A stretch of 63,225 nucleotides of DNA, the filler included, from Lenisia limosa (taxonomy: Eukaryota; Protista; Breviatea): NCBI GenBank assembly GCA_001655205.1. It is 13 parts of 13 records of this genome, joined end to end, with 100 filler letters (N's around TTAATTAATTAA, not from the genome) between each part and the next. Parts side by side here need not be neighbours in the genome. Positions count along the whole stretch, not along the records: positions 29,852 to 34,281 come from LPNZ01008582.1; positions 34,382 to 36,848 come from LPNZ01010402.1; positions 36,949 to 46,883 come from LPNZ01010957.1; 10 more parts are not named here. One strand, given 5' to 3'. Of this stretch, positions 31,360-44,683 are shown piece by piece. Below the pieces are notes generated by a model that was not told where the DNA came from, did no database searches, and saw nothing but the letters and a program-made list of their open reading frames with translations. The first letter of the stretch is position 1, and the number at the start of each line of letters is the position of its first letter. The position numbers and the translations under genes were made by a program.

Positions 31360-34150
31360 ACAGGACTGACTACTTCCGTTTGCCGAAAACAAAAAAATAG
31401 AGGAAAATTCCCGCGCCCTTGATGAAACCATTCAAGCCTTTAACTTTATGTTTCAGTTTTACCGTAACCCTCAAGAAGCAATAAGCTACGTCCAGGAGCC
31501 TTGTCCTTTGACTTTATCCCATTTTTTGGCGTTTTATGAATGTGGAGCAAATTGATGAGATTCCACCTGCAGGCTGGCCGTCCTTCTTCAGCGGTTTGCC
31601 AAAAAATATAATTAAGATACCAGGTTGTTTTTGCTCACAGTCAATCTATTTTTACTTCTCATCTATACATCATAAATACTAATGAACCTCATAGAATAAT
31701 TCCTAACTTATTATTCTCAAACAACGCACTAGCAGTTTTAGCAAAACACATTGGTCATGAAAGGACCAACCTTTCCAGCTTCATTCAGAGCCTGTATCTT
31801 CTGGGGAAGAACACTCCCGCGAATGTATGCAATTTGTTTAAATGAATTGTAGGGCTTTTACGATGGCGTTCTCTTATTTTCAAATGTATAGGTCGTCGAT
31901 AGCTTACGCCCAAGGCATCACACTGTCTATGGAAACCGTACGAAATCATTTATCTATTCGGTTTGTTATCTTGTATAGAATTGGGAGGGTAATACATAAC
32001 ATGATGTATTAAACTGATAGTACGTAAATATAGGCAGTGTAACATATTAATTTCATTTGTTTAAGTATTAAGTATTATTGATATTATCATTGGTTTTTCA
32101 CGCACTGATATGAGACCTGTATTGTGATATGCTAATACAGTCAAGATGAACCCTCGTGTTATCTTCGTTCATTATTCCGACCGAAAGTCAATCATAAAAT
32201 CATATCACTAGATAAGAGATTCTATCATAGAATAAGACCATACTCTGAGTCGTGTCAACAGAGGGGGTATCTGGTTCAAGGTCGTCCCCAAGAGTGTTGA
32301 GTACCTCGTAAACTCTCTGTCAAAATGTTATTAATTCCAACCAGGTGAAAAGCACAAACCTGTCGTGCAGTCCAATCGAGGAAAGCAGTGTAATCGTCTG
32401 GTGACGCAAACATCCTATCCGCAGCCTCACTGTCCAGCTTAAAGGGACGTCTGGAGTTGTAAACTCACTTCAAAATCAAATGGACTTACTGTGCTGAGTC
32501 CAAAGACGCGGTCTTGGTGTCATCAATGGCCATCACAAAGAGCTGAGTGAACTGGATCTATTGAAATAACAGATTACAGACATAGTATATCATATCATAT
32601 ATATATGGGTCCTCAAAGCTCCGGACATCATTCAAAACTCCCGGACAGCTTGAAGTTGACACCTTGTATAGACCATTGCTAGTGTTTTTTGAAAAATGCT
32701 TCGACAGATACATAGAGAAATGGACCTCCTATCTGTTCCCTAACTTTTTGTTCAATTTTGAGCAAATGTCAAAATCCGTAAATTTGGTCTCCTGGGGTCC
32801 CCCTTTTGCCTTTTCACAGGATTTTTTTCTGAATCTTACCCTCTTTTAGTGTTAGAAACAAAAATTTGTACCCGCTCGGAGTAATTGGTTCCGGGTTCCC
32901 ATTTGCTTTGGCTGTGTAATGGTGAATATTGAAAAAAAATGCTAAAAATAGCACTGTCTACAGGGGTAAACTCTCCCAGATAGTTGCCATTTATTCCTTG
33001 AATGTGGCCTTTTATAACGGTTTTTGCTTGTTTNNNNNNNNNNNNNNNNNNNNNNNNNNNNNNNNNNNNNNNNNNNNNNNNNNNNNNNNNNNNNNNNGTG
33101 AAGTGTCCGGGAATTTTGAATGATGTCCGGAGCTTTGACTATACATATACATATATATATATATGTATAGTCAAAACTCCGGACAACATTCACAATTCAC
33201 CGGACACATCAAAACTCCCGGACAATTTGAGTTTTTCATAAAAAATCATCATAAACCCTATTTCCCTTTTATTTTCGAAAGTAATTTCAATCTTAATCAA
33301 AGGATGAAACGCCAATTTTACATATTGTAATTAAGTATCTAAGCCGTCTGTTTAAGGCCCCAATACTTTCAAAAACACAAAAAACCGTATAAAGACCATA
33401 TTCAAGGAATAAATGGCAACTATCCGGGAAAGTTTACCCAAGTAGACAGTAATCTTTTGAGCATTTGTCTCTCAAAATTCACCATTATTGGAACCGGAAC
33501 CAATTATTCCGAGAGGTACAAATTTTGTTTCTTAACACTAAAAGAGGGTAAGATTCAGAAAAAAATCCTGTGAAAAGGCAAAAGGGGGACCCCCGGGAGA
33601 CCAAATTCACGGATTTTGACATTTGCTCAAAATTGAAAAAAAAAGTTAGGAAGCAGTAAGAGGTCCATTTCTCTATGTATCTGTCGAAGTAAATTTTCAA
33701 AAAACACTAACAATGACCTATACAAGGTGTCAACTTCAAGCTGTCCGGGAGTTTTGATGTGTCCAGTGAATTTTAAATGATGTCCGGAGCTTTGAAGACC
33801 CACATATATACGTTTAGCAATTCGAAATACAAAATAAGGTTGAATCTGACCACACCATCACGCTTTTATGAGATACTGGAGTAGAGTATAGTATCAGTTC
33901 ATCCAATCATTTGCCTTACAACTCTGTGCACTCAGCTTTCTGCGTACCTCCCCAGCATACATATACTCTACAATATGATAGTCATTCATATTATATATCA
34001 TATTATACTATGTTTATTACTGTTTTTTAAAATATGACATTTTGGTCCAAACATACACCGATGAGCTCGATATTGTCGTAGCATAGCAGAAGTTCTTTTG
34101 CAGTGAACTGCTTCTTCAGGTGAGCAATGAGACAATCGTTACTAAAAATA
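31360..34150 (-). CDS. Hypothetical protein, multi-exon, partial
   Basis: Splice-bounded open exons: NDCLIAHLKKQFTAKELLLCYDNIELI; IQFTQLFVMAIDDTKTASLDSAQ; RPFKLDSEAADRMFASPDDYTAFLDWTARQ; RVYEVLNTLGDDLEPDTPLLTRLR. No family recognised. Confidence 0.5.
32606..33804. mobile_element. Two copies of a ~550-640 bp non-autonomous TIR element in inverted orientation around a (TA)n spacer
   Basis: 32606-33141 and 33166-33804 are reverse complements over several hundred bp; termini TA-TAGTCAAA(G/A)CTCCGGACA and TGGGTC(C/T)TCAAAGCTCCGGACA. Confidence 0.8.
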
Positions 34151-34396
34151 GTAAAACACAAGTTTGATAAAAGAGCCTAACACAAGTATTCCACATAATA
34201 ACATACGATATGATATTTATGTTGGTAGATCTAGTTATATATATGATATATTATATGCGGCCGTTCAAATTCTGGTTTTTCNNNNNNNNNNNNNNNNNNN
34301 NNNNNNNNNNNNNNNNNNNNNNNNNTTAATTAATTAANNNNNNNNNNNNNNNNNNNNNNNNNNNNNNNNNNNNNNNNNNNNAGAGAGAGAGAAAAA

Positions 34397-34446
<50 letters not shown>

Positions 34447-34599
34447 GAATTGCAGGATCAAAACAAAAAAATAATAGCTATAATTACAGCCAGCGAAATT
34501 CACGAAATATGCCCAAGAAAATTATACAAATGTTAATCAGATTTGAAGATAAAACGAATAATACTTTCTTAGTACACTACCCATACTAACTGATTGCAG

Positions 34600-36317
34600 G
34601 GTCCTACCTTATTCTTAGTAAACCACTCATTGATTTGGTCGACCACTGCATCCTCTTCCCATCCGAAAGTACTGAAGGAGGCACAAACGCGATCCTAAAT
34701 TTATGAGAAAATAAAACATTTAGTCAGAAGTATCTATTCGATGAAGAATAAAACACTTCTCTAACAATCTTCGAAAACTATTGATATTTTACCAGTATTT
34801 TTCGAACCGAAGTGGGGCCCAAGATATTGTGTGTCTGGGGGATATTGTGTGATGGTGNNNNNNNNNNNNNNNNNNNNNNNNNNNNNNNNNNNNNNNNNNN
34901 NNNNNNNNNNNNNNNNNNNNNNNNNNNNNNNNNNNNACTCACTACGCCAATATTCTTTATCGAAATTTCCTTCGTTTTACCCGCCTCCACTCCATAATCC
35001 TAATTATGCTATACATATAAACCCCTCACCTTGGCCATGCCGAGTCCGCCAATGTAGTTGAGAGACATTGCAAGCTCAGGCATGTACTGCCCGTTGAGAC
35101 TAAAAAATGAGAGGAGAGTAAAAATAGAAAACTTAAGCCCAAAATCAACTTTGTTGGCAAGAAACAGACGAGGGTTGAGAACAACAAAGCAAACAAAGGC
35201 AACACCGACCCCCATCACTCCAACAAACAATANNNNNNNNNNNNNNNNNNNNNNNNNNNNNNNNNNNNNNNNNNNNNNNNNNNNNNNNNNNNNNNNNNNN
35301 NNNNNNNNNNNNNNNNNNNNNNNNNNNNNNNNNNNNNNNNNNNNNNNNNNNNNNNNNNNNNNNNNNNCAATTAGGGATTCCCTAAGGTCCAAAAAAGACC
35401 CTCAAAATATCGATATTTATCGAGAAATCCGTCCATTTTGAGACCGTAGGGCCCCCAGCAATTATTTTTATCTTACTTACATATACAGAAACCGGTATAA
35501 GTCTTGACCGATTTACTGCATGATTCCCCAAAGAAAATAAGTCAAGACTTACCCCAGTCACTGTACATGTACAATAAACGTATTTGTTCACTTTAACAAA
35601 TATGTGACCCATATGATATGATATGATATGATACATACCCCCATCCCCTTTCAATCATACATAGGTCACTGAACATAATCAGCATTATAGATCTAATCAA
35701 ATCAAAATCCCGCGCACCCAATTCAGTGATGTGAGTGGCCTGGTCATGGACACACAACAGCTTGATGTCGAGGACCGATTCTGAGGAGCATTCGGGGGTC
35801 AGGGAGTTGGCATAGGTCATTGCTCCTTCAGCCTGGGGGGAGGTAAGGGCTGATTGCCTTGTTGGTTTACTCGGATTTAACCAAGGAAGTGTGAGAGGGG
35901 TGTGTGTGTGGGGAAAGTAAAATTGGAATATTTATGAAACAAAAAAAAACAGAATAGAATTAGGGCTTCACTTCGGTTCAAAAAATACGGGTAAAATATC
36001 GAGAGTTTTCGAGGATTTATCAAGTTAGTCTTTTTTCGAACCGAAGTGAGGCCCTACTCATGATAAAGCTTAATATCCTTTTGTTGATATAATGAAAATT
36101 GTAAAAACAAGTCTTATATGAGGGAGTTTAGGCGCATCCAAAGATACAATCTGCTCTCTATTATTACTTAAAAAATATCAAGTATATCAGATATGATATA
36201 TTATCATACAATCCAACCCACAATTGCCTTGGCCATTTTGTCTGAAGAGCCCCACATAGTGTCATAGATAATGCAGAGCTTCGGGTCCATTTTGCCACTT
36301 GCCCATTTGACATAGTT
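34600..36317 (-). CDS. Flavodiiron protein (FprA/ROO, A-type flavoprotein), flavodoxin half, partial
   Basis: NYVKWASGKMDPKLCIIYDTMWGSSDKMAKAI; SLNGQYMPELAMSLNYIGGLGMAK; RVCASFSTFGWEEDAVVDQINEWF. These correspond to the FDP flavodoxin motifs YDTMxGST, SPTLN and FGSYGW. Confidence 0.85.
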
Positions 36318-37324
36318 CTAAAGAGTGAGCGAAAATAAGTATGGAGTGTGTGTGGGCAGGGGGTGGTAAAATTGGAAAATTAATGAAACAGAGAAGCCAA
36401 AATAAACTCCTGGCTGGCAACACACGAGGGTTAATAACAACAAAACAAAAAAGAGGGGGGGGGGTAATGTTTACGGCCCATTTTGCGGTTCATTTAGGTT
36501 TTTTTGGCGTCTATAGTGAAAAAAAAAAAAGTGATCAAAGTGATATTCTTGTGAACAAAATTTAAGATGTCTAATCGTGTTTATTCCTTGCCATTATGTA
36601 AACACAATACCCCTTTTCTCACAAGTAGGGTTTCACTTCGGTTCGAAAAAAAGACTGAATTTCTCGATAAATCCTCGAAAACTCTCGATATTTTACCGGT
36701 CTTTTTCGAACCGAAGTGAACCTACTCACAAGTTATCAAAGTTATCTGATATCTACCCACATCAAAAAAGTCAAGAATCCAAAATCCCAGCTGTTTACCC
36801 CCCACACACACACCTTCCATAAATATATAGCTATATCAGTAATCAGTTNNNNNNNNNNNNNNNNNNNNNNNNNNNNNNNNNNNNNNNNNNNNTTAATTAA
36901 TTAANNNNNNNNNNNNNNNNNNNNNNNNNNNNNNNNNNNNNNNNNNNNATTTTTTTTAAAGATTAGTCAAGGAATATTTTGACTTTAAGGTCAAATTTTT
37001 TCAAAAAAAAAAAAAATTGTCTTGCAAGATCCTTCTGTGGTTTCCACCACTTTTGAGAGAATTCAACTTCAAGATTGTCTAAAAACCGGAATTGGCAAAA
37101 AAACCGGAATTTTGAACGGACGCATATGATATAATAAAATGAACTTATTCTTCTCAATTCTATTTTACTCTGTTCAGGTCTTTAACCCCATTACTAAAGT
37201 GACTATTATTGAACAGCCGTATGGTACAAACAAAGGACAGGTTTGTTGCTCTGATTTGTGACTTGGTAGTAGTATTATGTGATATAATATATACATACCA
37301 TATTCATCACATTGTTTCACTCGT

Positions 37325-38220
37325 GCAGACATATGTGCGGACCGATGATGAGTTATCAGCGTATTTCCATCAACCAGTTATTAAGGTAGCTCTTGTTTTG
37401 AAAACTATCTTTTGGGCATTTTCTGGCAGCAAGAATATTAATACAGTATAAACTGTTAGATGCTGATACTTTAAATAGCATGGGGACCAGGGTAGTGCCT
37501 CTTTATTATGACACCACCATTTTAATGCTCTCATTTTAAGGGAATAATTCGCACTCTCACACCGTCAGGTTCACCTCTCTTTTGAAGGCCTTTCAGGGTT
37601 CATTGACCTCGACGAGACCTCTTACCGTCCCAATTACTATGTTAAAGTCACTGCATACACGTTCAACAAGAAGGTGAGTGAGAAGAGTAAAACATCCGTA
37701 TGATATTGCCAGAATTTGAGTCTGTTTTTGTGAAAGAGACAGTATACTTGTGTTTGACAACATAAGTCTTGAAATGACATCACCAGGCCCTTGAATGGCA
37801 ACCATCTTCAGCCTCTTTTGTGTTCAGTGATGTCGCTCACAACCCCTATCACATTCTTCACTTTCAAGATTTAAGGTATTTCTGCTTCTTTTAGGGGTAT
37901 ACAAGCAATGCAAATCTCCAGATGGTATGAGTATTTCTGACTTCTCTTCAGGTTTCGCTCCGGCTTCTCTGGAACATATCGGCTTTCATTCTCAGTATGT
38001 GAACTCGTTAATCTGGAACGCCTTTATTTGGAATAAACTGCAATTAAGAAGCGAGCATAATATGATTATTTGTTCACTCTCCTGTTAGTTACAAATATAG
38101 GGACAAATTGATAGTACGCTCACTTCTTAATTATCATTCCAGGTTTTTGACGTTGAAAGCGAACTCAGCGAAGAGGTGTACCTCCATAACCCCAATATCC
38201 CAGACACCGCCAATCTTAGT
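37325..38220 (+). CDS. Unassigned exons, possibly the N-terminal part of the downstream STRA6-like gene
   Basis: Splice-bounded open exons: VHLSFEGLSGFIDLDETSY; SFVFSDVAHNPYHILHFQDL; VSLRLLWNISAFIL; VFDVESELSEEVYLHNPNIPDTANL. Confidence 0.45.
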
Positions 38221-38519
38221 AGGCTCTTTTATCAGTGTGGTTATCTATTTATAGCATTAATAGGGATGTGTGGGGAATATTGAATGGCTTTTACCCCTCA
38301 CGGCCTAGATCATTTAACCATATTCCCTTTCCCTCACGGCCTAGATCATTTGACTGCGTCAATGCTCTTTGTTGCCGTAATCCAAGTCCCCTACCTTTGG
38401 GCAAACGTTCCGGTTGATCGTTTGGGGGACTTGTAGGACTACATATAGCATAGTAACTATATACATGTAACATAAATAGATTTTTGTTAAGATGTGTTTA
38501 GTTCTTTGCTTGAAATACC

Positions 38520-41500
38520 TTCAGTCACCATTTAGACGCCTATCGCATCTACTTTGCCATTGTTTGGGAGTTGCTTGTTGTGGCCTCCATTGCTTTCGAT
38601 CCTTTCGGGTAATGGGGTGTGTGCCAGAAACTCAGATTTTGAGATTATCACAACTTATATGTATACTCACTGAGAGTTATTGTCCATTGATGGCTTTTTA
38701 CTTTAACCTGTACAGCACAAGACCGGACGTTGATTTCTTTTACCACTTCATGGCCTATGTCACCTTCTTGGTAGAGGGGGGGTGTTTTGCTGACAATTAA
38801 GCCTGAAATGTGCTCTCACAGTTGATTGTTTTCAGGTTGTCTATTTACTCTTATTGGGTCTTATTTACACGGTTGTTCGCCACTTCAAACGAATCAAGGT
38901 TTGGGAATAGTTTGACCAAGGGTGATTTCAGCAACAAAATCTGTATACTTATGCATTTCAGAAACACAAAAAGCTTCATGAGAACAAAAGCTCAGGAAAT
39001 GGTTCATATGTAAGTGGAGCTTCTAACCTGGATGTCTCTTCACTGGTGTTACTAATAAACGGTCTTGGTGAACTAATAAACTCTGACCCATCATTAGGTT
39101 GCCCTGAGAGAAATTCCACCCCACGACTCACAGAAAGAGCTGAAAGTGGGAAATATGATAGTATTGAAGTTGAGAAGGCTTTATAGGTTCATAACAGTGC
39201 AGAACGCTCTTCGTCTCCAAATGGACTCGACACATAACCCCCTGCTGAGTGTTGACTTCGACACTGTCTCTGCCCTCGCAACCCCCTTCGTTCCTTCTGG
39301 GAAACTCGGGCCAACCAGTTCTCTGAGAATGTGCGTGGTTCTTTGCCTATTCTGCAAAAGGGGTAATATCACTTGGATTTTATTTGGAATATAATTCCAA
39401 TGTTGTCAATTTCTTCAGACTTACAAAATAATACTTACAACCTATAGGTTTGTACTGAAGGTCATTGGATTAGCTTCAACTACAATTCCTGAAGATGACC
39501 TGAAAGAAAGCCGAATACAAAACAACCCTAATGTAGGCAGCTCAGCAATCGTAGTAACACGTGTAGCACCCGTATCACAATAGAAACGCTTTCTACAAGG
39601 TTGGCGGCCAGAAAACATGGAACCACTCCTGATGTCCTTTTCCTTTATTGTTTAGTTCATCCGCGCAATGTTATTGGCGCTCAAAAGACGAGTCAAGTTC
39701 ACAATCACGCCCCTCCAGGAGCCACCCAGAGTAAGTACTCTGTTTAGTTGTGATCTCCCTTTGAATTCCTTCCGTCTGACATTTCAGTCGTACAAAAACG
39801 GGTTCCTCTACCCCCAAAGATTCCTCCTTACCTTCGCAATTAGTCTCTTTGTAGGAAATGGGGTCGCTTTTGTTGTATTTGCTGCCCTACCAGGTATTTT
39901 CATTTCCTCAAATCTACATGTATTTCTTCGTGTCATATTTGGTTTTGCCCTCTCAAACTCTAGCTCCAAGGGGTGATGATCATGGTGATCTACTGCGGCC
40001 TGTTGTGGTTCAGCTTGTCCATTGAGCGAATCCGTTTTGCGCTGAGTGTTGAGGAGGTCTTGGCCTCCACATACCTTGAGCGCCACGGGGCAACTATTGG
40101 TTGGTGGGCTGCTGAATACTATGAATCGATTTTAATCCGTGATGTTTCATCATTTGTTAGACCAGAGGGCGGAGCAAATGGAGGCCATATCCAACTTGGG
40201 TGCCTCGTATTTCAGTTCGCAACAAACAGATAACTCTTGGTTGTCACCCGTGCTTCTCCAGGTGCGCGTTGCTGTCTTTTGCTGCTTTGAATGAGGTTCA
40301 CCCTCTCGCCGAAGTGTTATCACTCCCAGGTTCTCGCGAAGTACCCTGGGATGATGGTCGGCCAGGAATCTGCCACGTCATCCTTGGAAGATGCCGTGGC
40401 GTCGTCGTCGGAAAACGTGGGCTGATTAGCGCTTCTTCTGCTTTTGGCGTTTCGCGCAACCGTTTTATCCGTTATTTTATTATCCCAGAGCAACCAGCTG
40501 CTCAGAGAAATCGACTCCGCAGTTTGGACTTCGGTGCAGGTTTGTCGGTGAAATTGTTCATATCAAGAACGTTTTATCACTAAGTATCATGATAATCCTC
40601 ATGCAAAACCTGTAGGTTGGAATGGCGATGTCGACCATTGCTGTTGGCGTCATCTGGTTCCTTATCTTTAGATCTTATAAAAAGATTGTGAGTTGAGGCT
40701 GACAAGTAGGGCTTAACTTCGGTTCGAAAAAAAACTGAATTTCTTGATAATTTCTCAAAAACTATCAATATTTTACCGGTATTTTTCGAAAAGAAGTGAA
40801 GCCCTACTGACAAGGCTTCTTTCCCATGTCCAACCGTCACAATCTTCAGCTGCATTCAGTGAGGAGGGGAGACGTTTGGTCGGGTCCACGCCACCGCTAC
40901 CCTCCACACAAGTGCTCCAAATACACTGGACACCAGGTGGGTTGTTGCCACTTTCTAGTATTGTTTGTTGACTGTTCCGCAGTGGCTTATAATCAAAACT
41001 GATCATCACAGGCAGGAAGAATGATACTGTTTGCCTTTGTGGTGATTCTGATGGTGAGCTCCGTGATTGTCGTTTACCGGCTTGTCAAACCTTCCGCGGT
41101 AAAGGCAGCCAAAGAAGCGTCGCAGTCTCTCCTTATCTACTGCGGTTTGAGGGCTTTTCTCCCCCCATGTCTCTGCACTCATTTCTTGATCAATCGCTGC
41201 TTTCAGTGTTTCCGTAAACCATTACTGTGCTTACCTCCAAGGTTCAATAGCGTTGTGGTACAAACTGGTTAATATGATTCTCATTCGATTTGTGGCGACT
41301 GACAGCAAAGAACGAGTAAAAAGGTGGGGGTATTACTGATTTTCGATGTCTACCCCGGAATGCAAGGAATTACTTTCATCTGGCACGCAATGTTGAACAG
41401 AATTTGCATCACCACCTAGACGCACAATGTATGCAATATTTGATTTCATCGGTACGATTGTCAGTTTTGTTGCTGGCCTTCTTGCTGGCATTGTATTCCT

Positions 41501-42451
41501 CATCAAGTCGTTTTTCAAGGTCAGGATATATGGAAGTGTTAGTTGCTGTTCACCCTCTTGTTACTCCAGCACCTCATACTCTAGACCCTTCTCATGTTCC
41601 CTCGACTCGACCACAACTCGGGGACAGCAGCAGTGCCTCCAAAACGACCGGTCAAGTTCTTCATGAAGCCAAGCAGCGGATTCAGAATATGTGCAAGGGA
41701 GGCAATACTATACATTGATATAAATGATATAGTAGTAAATGATACGATATATCACACTCTTTCTTGAAACCATATTAGAAATGATCATTTCTAACCACGT
41801 AGTCATGTCAATGGTTCTACAGCACCATCGTTACCGTAACCCGGTGGTATCAACGTTCGTGTTTCTTTTGTCGATTGGTTGGTCACGTTCATTGTTGCCA
41901 TGTTGTTCATAATTTTAGGTATGTATGAGCGAAGGAAAAACCCTTATGACCACATCTCAAGCCCGACCAAATCAGTCCGAAGGTTTGTTGGTTGTCTTTT
42001 TATTTTGTTTTCTCTTATTGACGTTGAAGGTGGCAGAAGACGTACACACTATTGCGAAACCCTCAGCTGGTAGTTCATTCTACGACTAACATCAACTTTG
42101 TCAAACCAGAAATACTCAAAGATGATGGTAGGCCCTATTAAAATCTGGAGATGAAGGACTTTTTGGTATTTAAAAGAGCCTATTTGCTCTAACCAATAGA
42201 TTTGAGCGATGATGAGTTTATTACGTGAAACGCAGCGGCGGGATTTCAACTTGTGTAACTTGTATGGTATTACACTACTTATGTCAATGTATTGTTTCTT
42301 CTTTCAACAAGATTCATTCAGTCCTCCTCGGTCTTCCACTCGAGAGAGTAACAGGATCTCTAATGAGACAAATATTACTGGTTCATGGTATCTGTTTAAG
42401 ACGGTAGCTGTCGGGGAGAGAGGGGATATAAATCAAAAAATGAAATTTTAA
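38520..42451 (+). CDS. STRA6-like (RBP receptor family) multi-pass membrane protein
   Basis: YKKI|LHSVRRGDVWSGPRHRYPPHKCSKYTGHQ|AGRMILFAF; YAIFDFIGTIVSFVAGLLAGIVFLIKSFFK|TLLMFPRLD; SGFRIY|MSMVLQHHRYRNPVVSTF; RWQKTYTLLRNPQL. Order and spacing parallel STRA6 motifs (SHPAMTAF, RWGLAYTLLHNP). Confidence 0.72.
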
Positions 42452-42928
42452 AAAAGGTTCAACATTTGTCAAAATGTCACAATCCTCTTTTTTTTTTGGG
42501 GGGGGGGGTCAACTGTTGGTGCAAAACAAATACACATCCTGAACGAGAAGACCAATCACACAATGCACGATTCCTTGGACCTGTTCATTCTGGGTCTCTC
42601 CTTGCATTTTTTCACCCATATGATCACCTAATTACTAAGTTTATTATAATATATCAAATTATTATATCTGTAAACTAACCGGATGGATAGAACAAATTCA
42701 AATCATGAAGTGACAATTTTGGGCTCGGAGAAAAATAGCCGAAGTTTCCAAAAAAGGAAAGTTGTGATAGTTCTTGAGTGTGAGCGGAAGCCTTTTATTT
42801 TATCGCGTTAAGTAGTTAAATAAAGTTGAAATAATACAGTATTATAGTGACCATATCTTAAGTATAATTATTCATCCAAAAGAATCACCACTTTCATTTC
42901 ATCCTTCTTTCCTCAACTCCCAAACCAA

Positions 42929-44532
42929 ATGGAGCCGCAAGACGTTCATGGTGGATTGGTATCCCCTGCGGTTGCCAAAGAGAACCCCACTCTCGCAAAG
43001 GGTAGGCCTACTTTATTCACCTTCCACAATATACGGTCTTTGTTGGTTGAGGGTGTTTGTGCTTGTGGTCTCAGGGCATACTTTTCAGAACTGAATAACA
43101 TTAATATGTGACATGTTCAATTTTGATACATATCATACTAACGTCTTCCAATTTGATTTCTCATTTCGCATTTTCGCTTTCGCCTTTTTATTGTCTTGAC
43201 CTACCCTCATAGTGATTGATGCGGAGCAACATACCCCGCGAACAAGAGACGTCAGCCATCGCATAGCCACTCCCGATGTCATTGGTACTCGCTCCCAATT
43301 CAACCGCTAATCCTCATGTCTTTAGACCAAGAAGGGCCAGACGCTGTTATTCGCAGACGAAAATCCCCTGCGGTTTGTTGGGTCTGCTGAATGGTGCTCA
43401 CTTACCATTGTAGAGTGAAGAGAAGAAGGAGGAAGACACAGCAGTTGCATCGACAACTTCAGAGGTATGAGATTATGACAATCTTTAGTCGGAAATATAA
43501 ACTATATGTATATATGTTATTCTATCTGAGATAATAAAATCAATTTTCTTTTTGCGAACCTCAAATATAATTCAATAAAACGTAATTCCACCGCCAGGTT
43601 GAGTCTTTGGACCTTGCTGAGCCTTCCGAACATGTCGTCATTGCCATTGATGAGTGGGTCTGGTAGCACTGAATTTGACATCAAATCTCTGCTGTTATAC
43701 AACTGACTTAGTAGTTCGGAGTTCAGCCACAAGGCATTTGACTGGATGCTGAAGCACAAGGTCAAGGGTCAGCATTTCACGTTAGTCAATGTGCAGGTAT
43801 CTTGGGATGCGTGGGTTCATGATGTTGATTTACCATCAAACTGACACCTAAGATCCCGCCGGCAGCGCCAATTCCTCCGATCGGATTAATGGGTGTGCCG
43901 ATTAGAGCTTCTGTTGAATCAGGAGGTCTGGTAATCTCTTGACGATTGTAGATGTTGAAATGCATGCTTCTTACTATGAATCAGATACGATGCATCTTCT
44001 GGAGGAGGAGGTTCGTGGTTTCTAACGTGATCAGTTTAATGTGTATTCGATATGATAAATTTTAAATGCAATTTGGCTATTGGTAATTTGGTCTATTTTT
44101 AAAGTGACGACTTTAAAAATGATGTGTCAAATGTAATGAAGAAATGAATCTCCACTTGACATGTAGGCTCGCATTAGGGGAGAAAAGATTCTTCGCAAGT
44201 ACTACCATTTCGCAAAGGCCTACGGGGTAGGGGGAGGAAGTTTCATAAAAGGAAAAACGAGCTCCAGTAGTCAGAGTATTTACCATATTAGGTGCGGCCG
44301 CGTCTAGTGCTCCGATTTGGCGACCCGAAACACGGCATTGTCGACGCCGTTGTTGACCTTTCTGCAGACCTTGTGGTCATCGGATCTCGCGGCAAGGGTG
44401 CTATTAAGAGGTGTGCATGGCTGGAGGTGGTCCCATTCATGCTCAATTGTAATCTGTTTTAGAATGATTCTAGGAAGTTGCAGTACTTATGCTGTTCATC
44501 ATTGTCAGTGTCCGGTTATGGTTATCCATTAA
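42929..44532 (+). CDS. Universal stress protein (UspA domain), multi-exon
   Basis: HVVIAID|DSEFSHKAFDWML; GDPKHGIVDAVVDLSADLVVIGSRGKGAIKR|MILGSCSTYAVHHCQCPVMVIH*. Confidence 0.92.
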
Positions 44533-44683
44533 GCCTCTCTATTATTATAATCAGTGTCTTGTTAATCTGACAATGAATCCAACTGTCTTCTTTACAAACG
44601 TACAAATAATTACATAAAGCTAATCCTAGAACAACACTTAACCATTATTACACCTTACTCTTTGCTCTCCATTTCCCAAGAAC

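Larger units (their letters stand above)
21852..35565. mobile_element. MITE family B, ~65-80 bp, TA-CAGTGACC(A/G)GGATAAGTCTTGACCG...CGGTCAAGACTTATCCYGGTCACTG-TA (Tc1/mariner-like)
   Basis: Copies at 21852-21930, 25536-25602, 26399-26472, 35484-35565. Confidence 0.85.

Noticed and set aside
37805-37860. Minus-strand VIGVVSDITEHKR as a PAS/PAC motif
   Set aside because: A stop follows immediately, and the plus strand has a clean AG/GT exon here.
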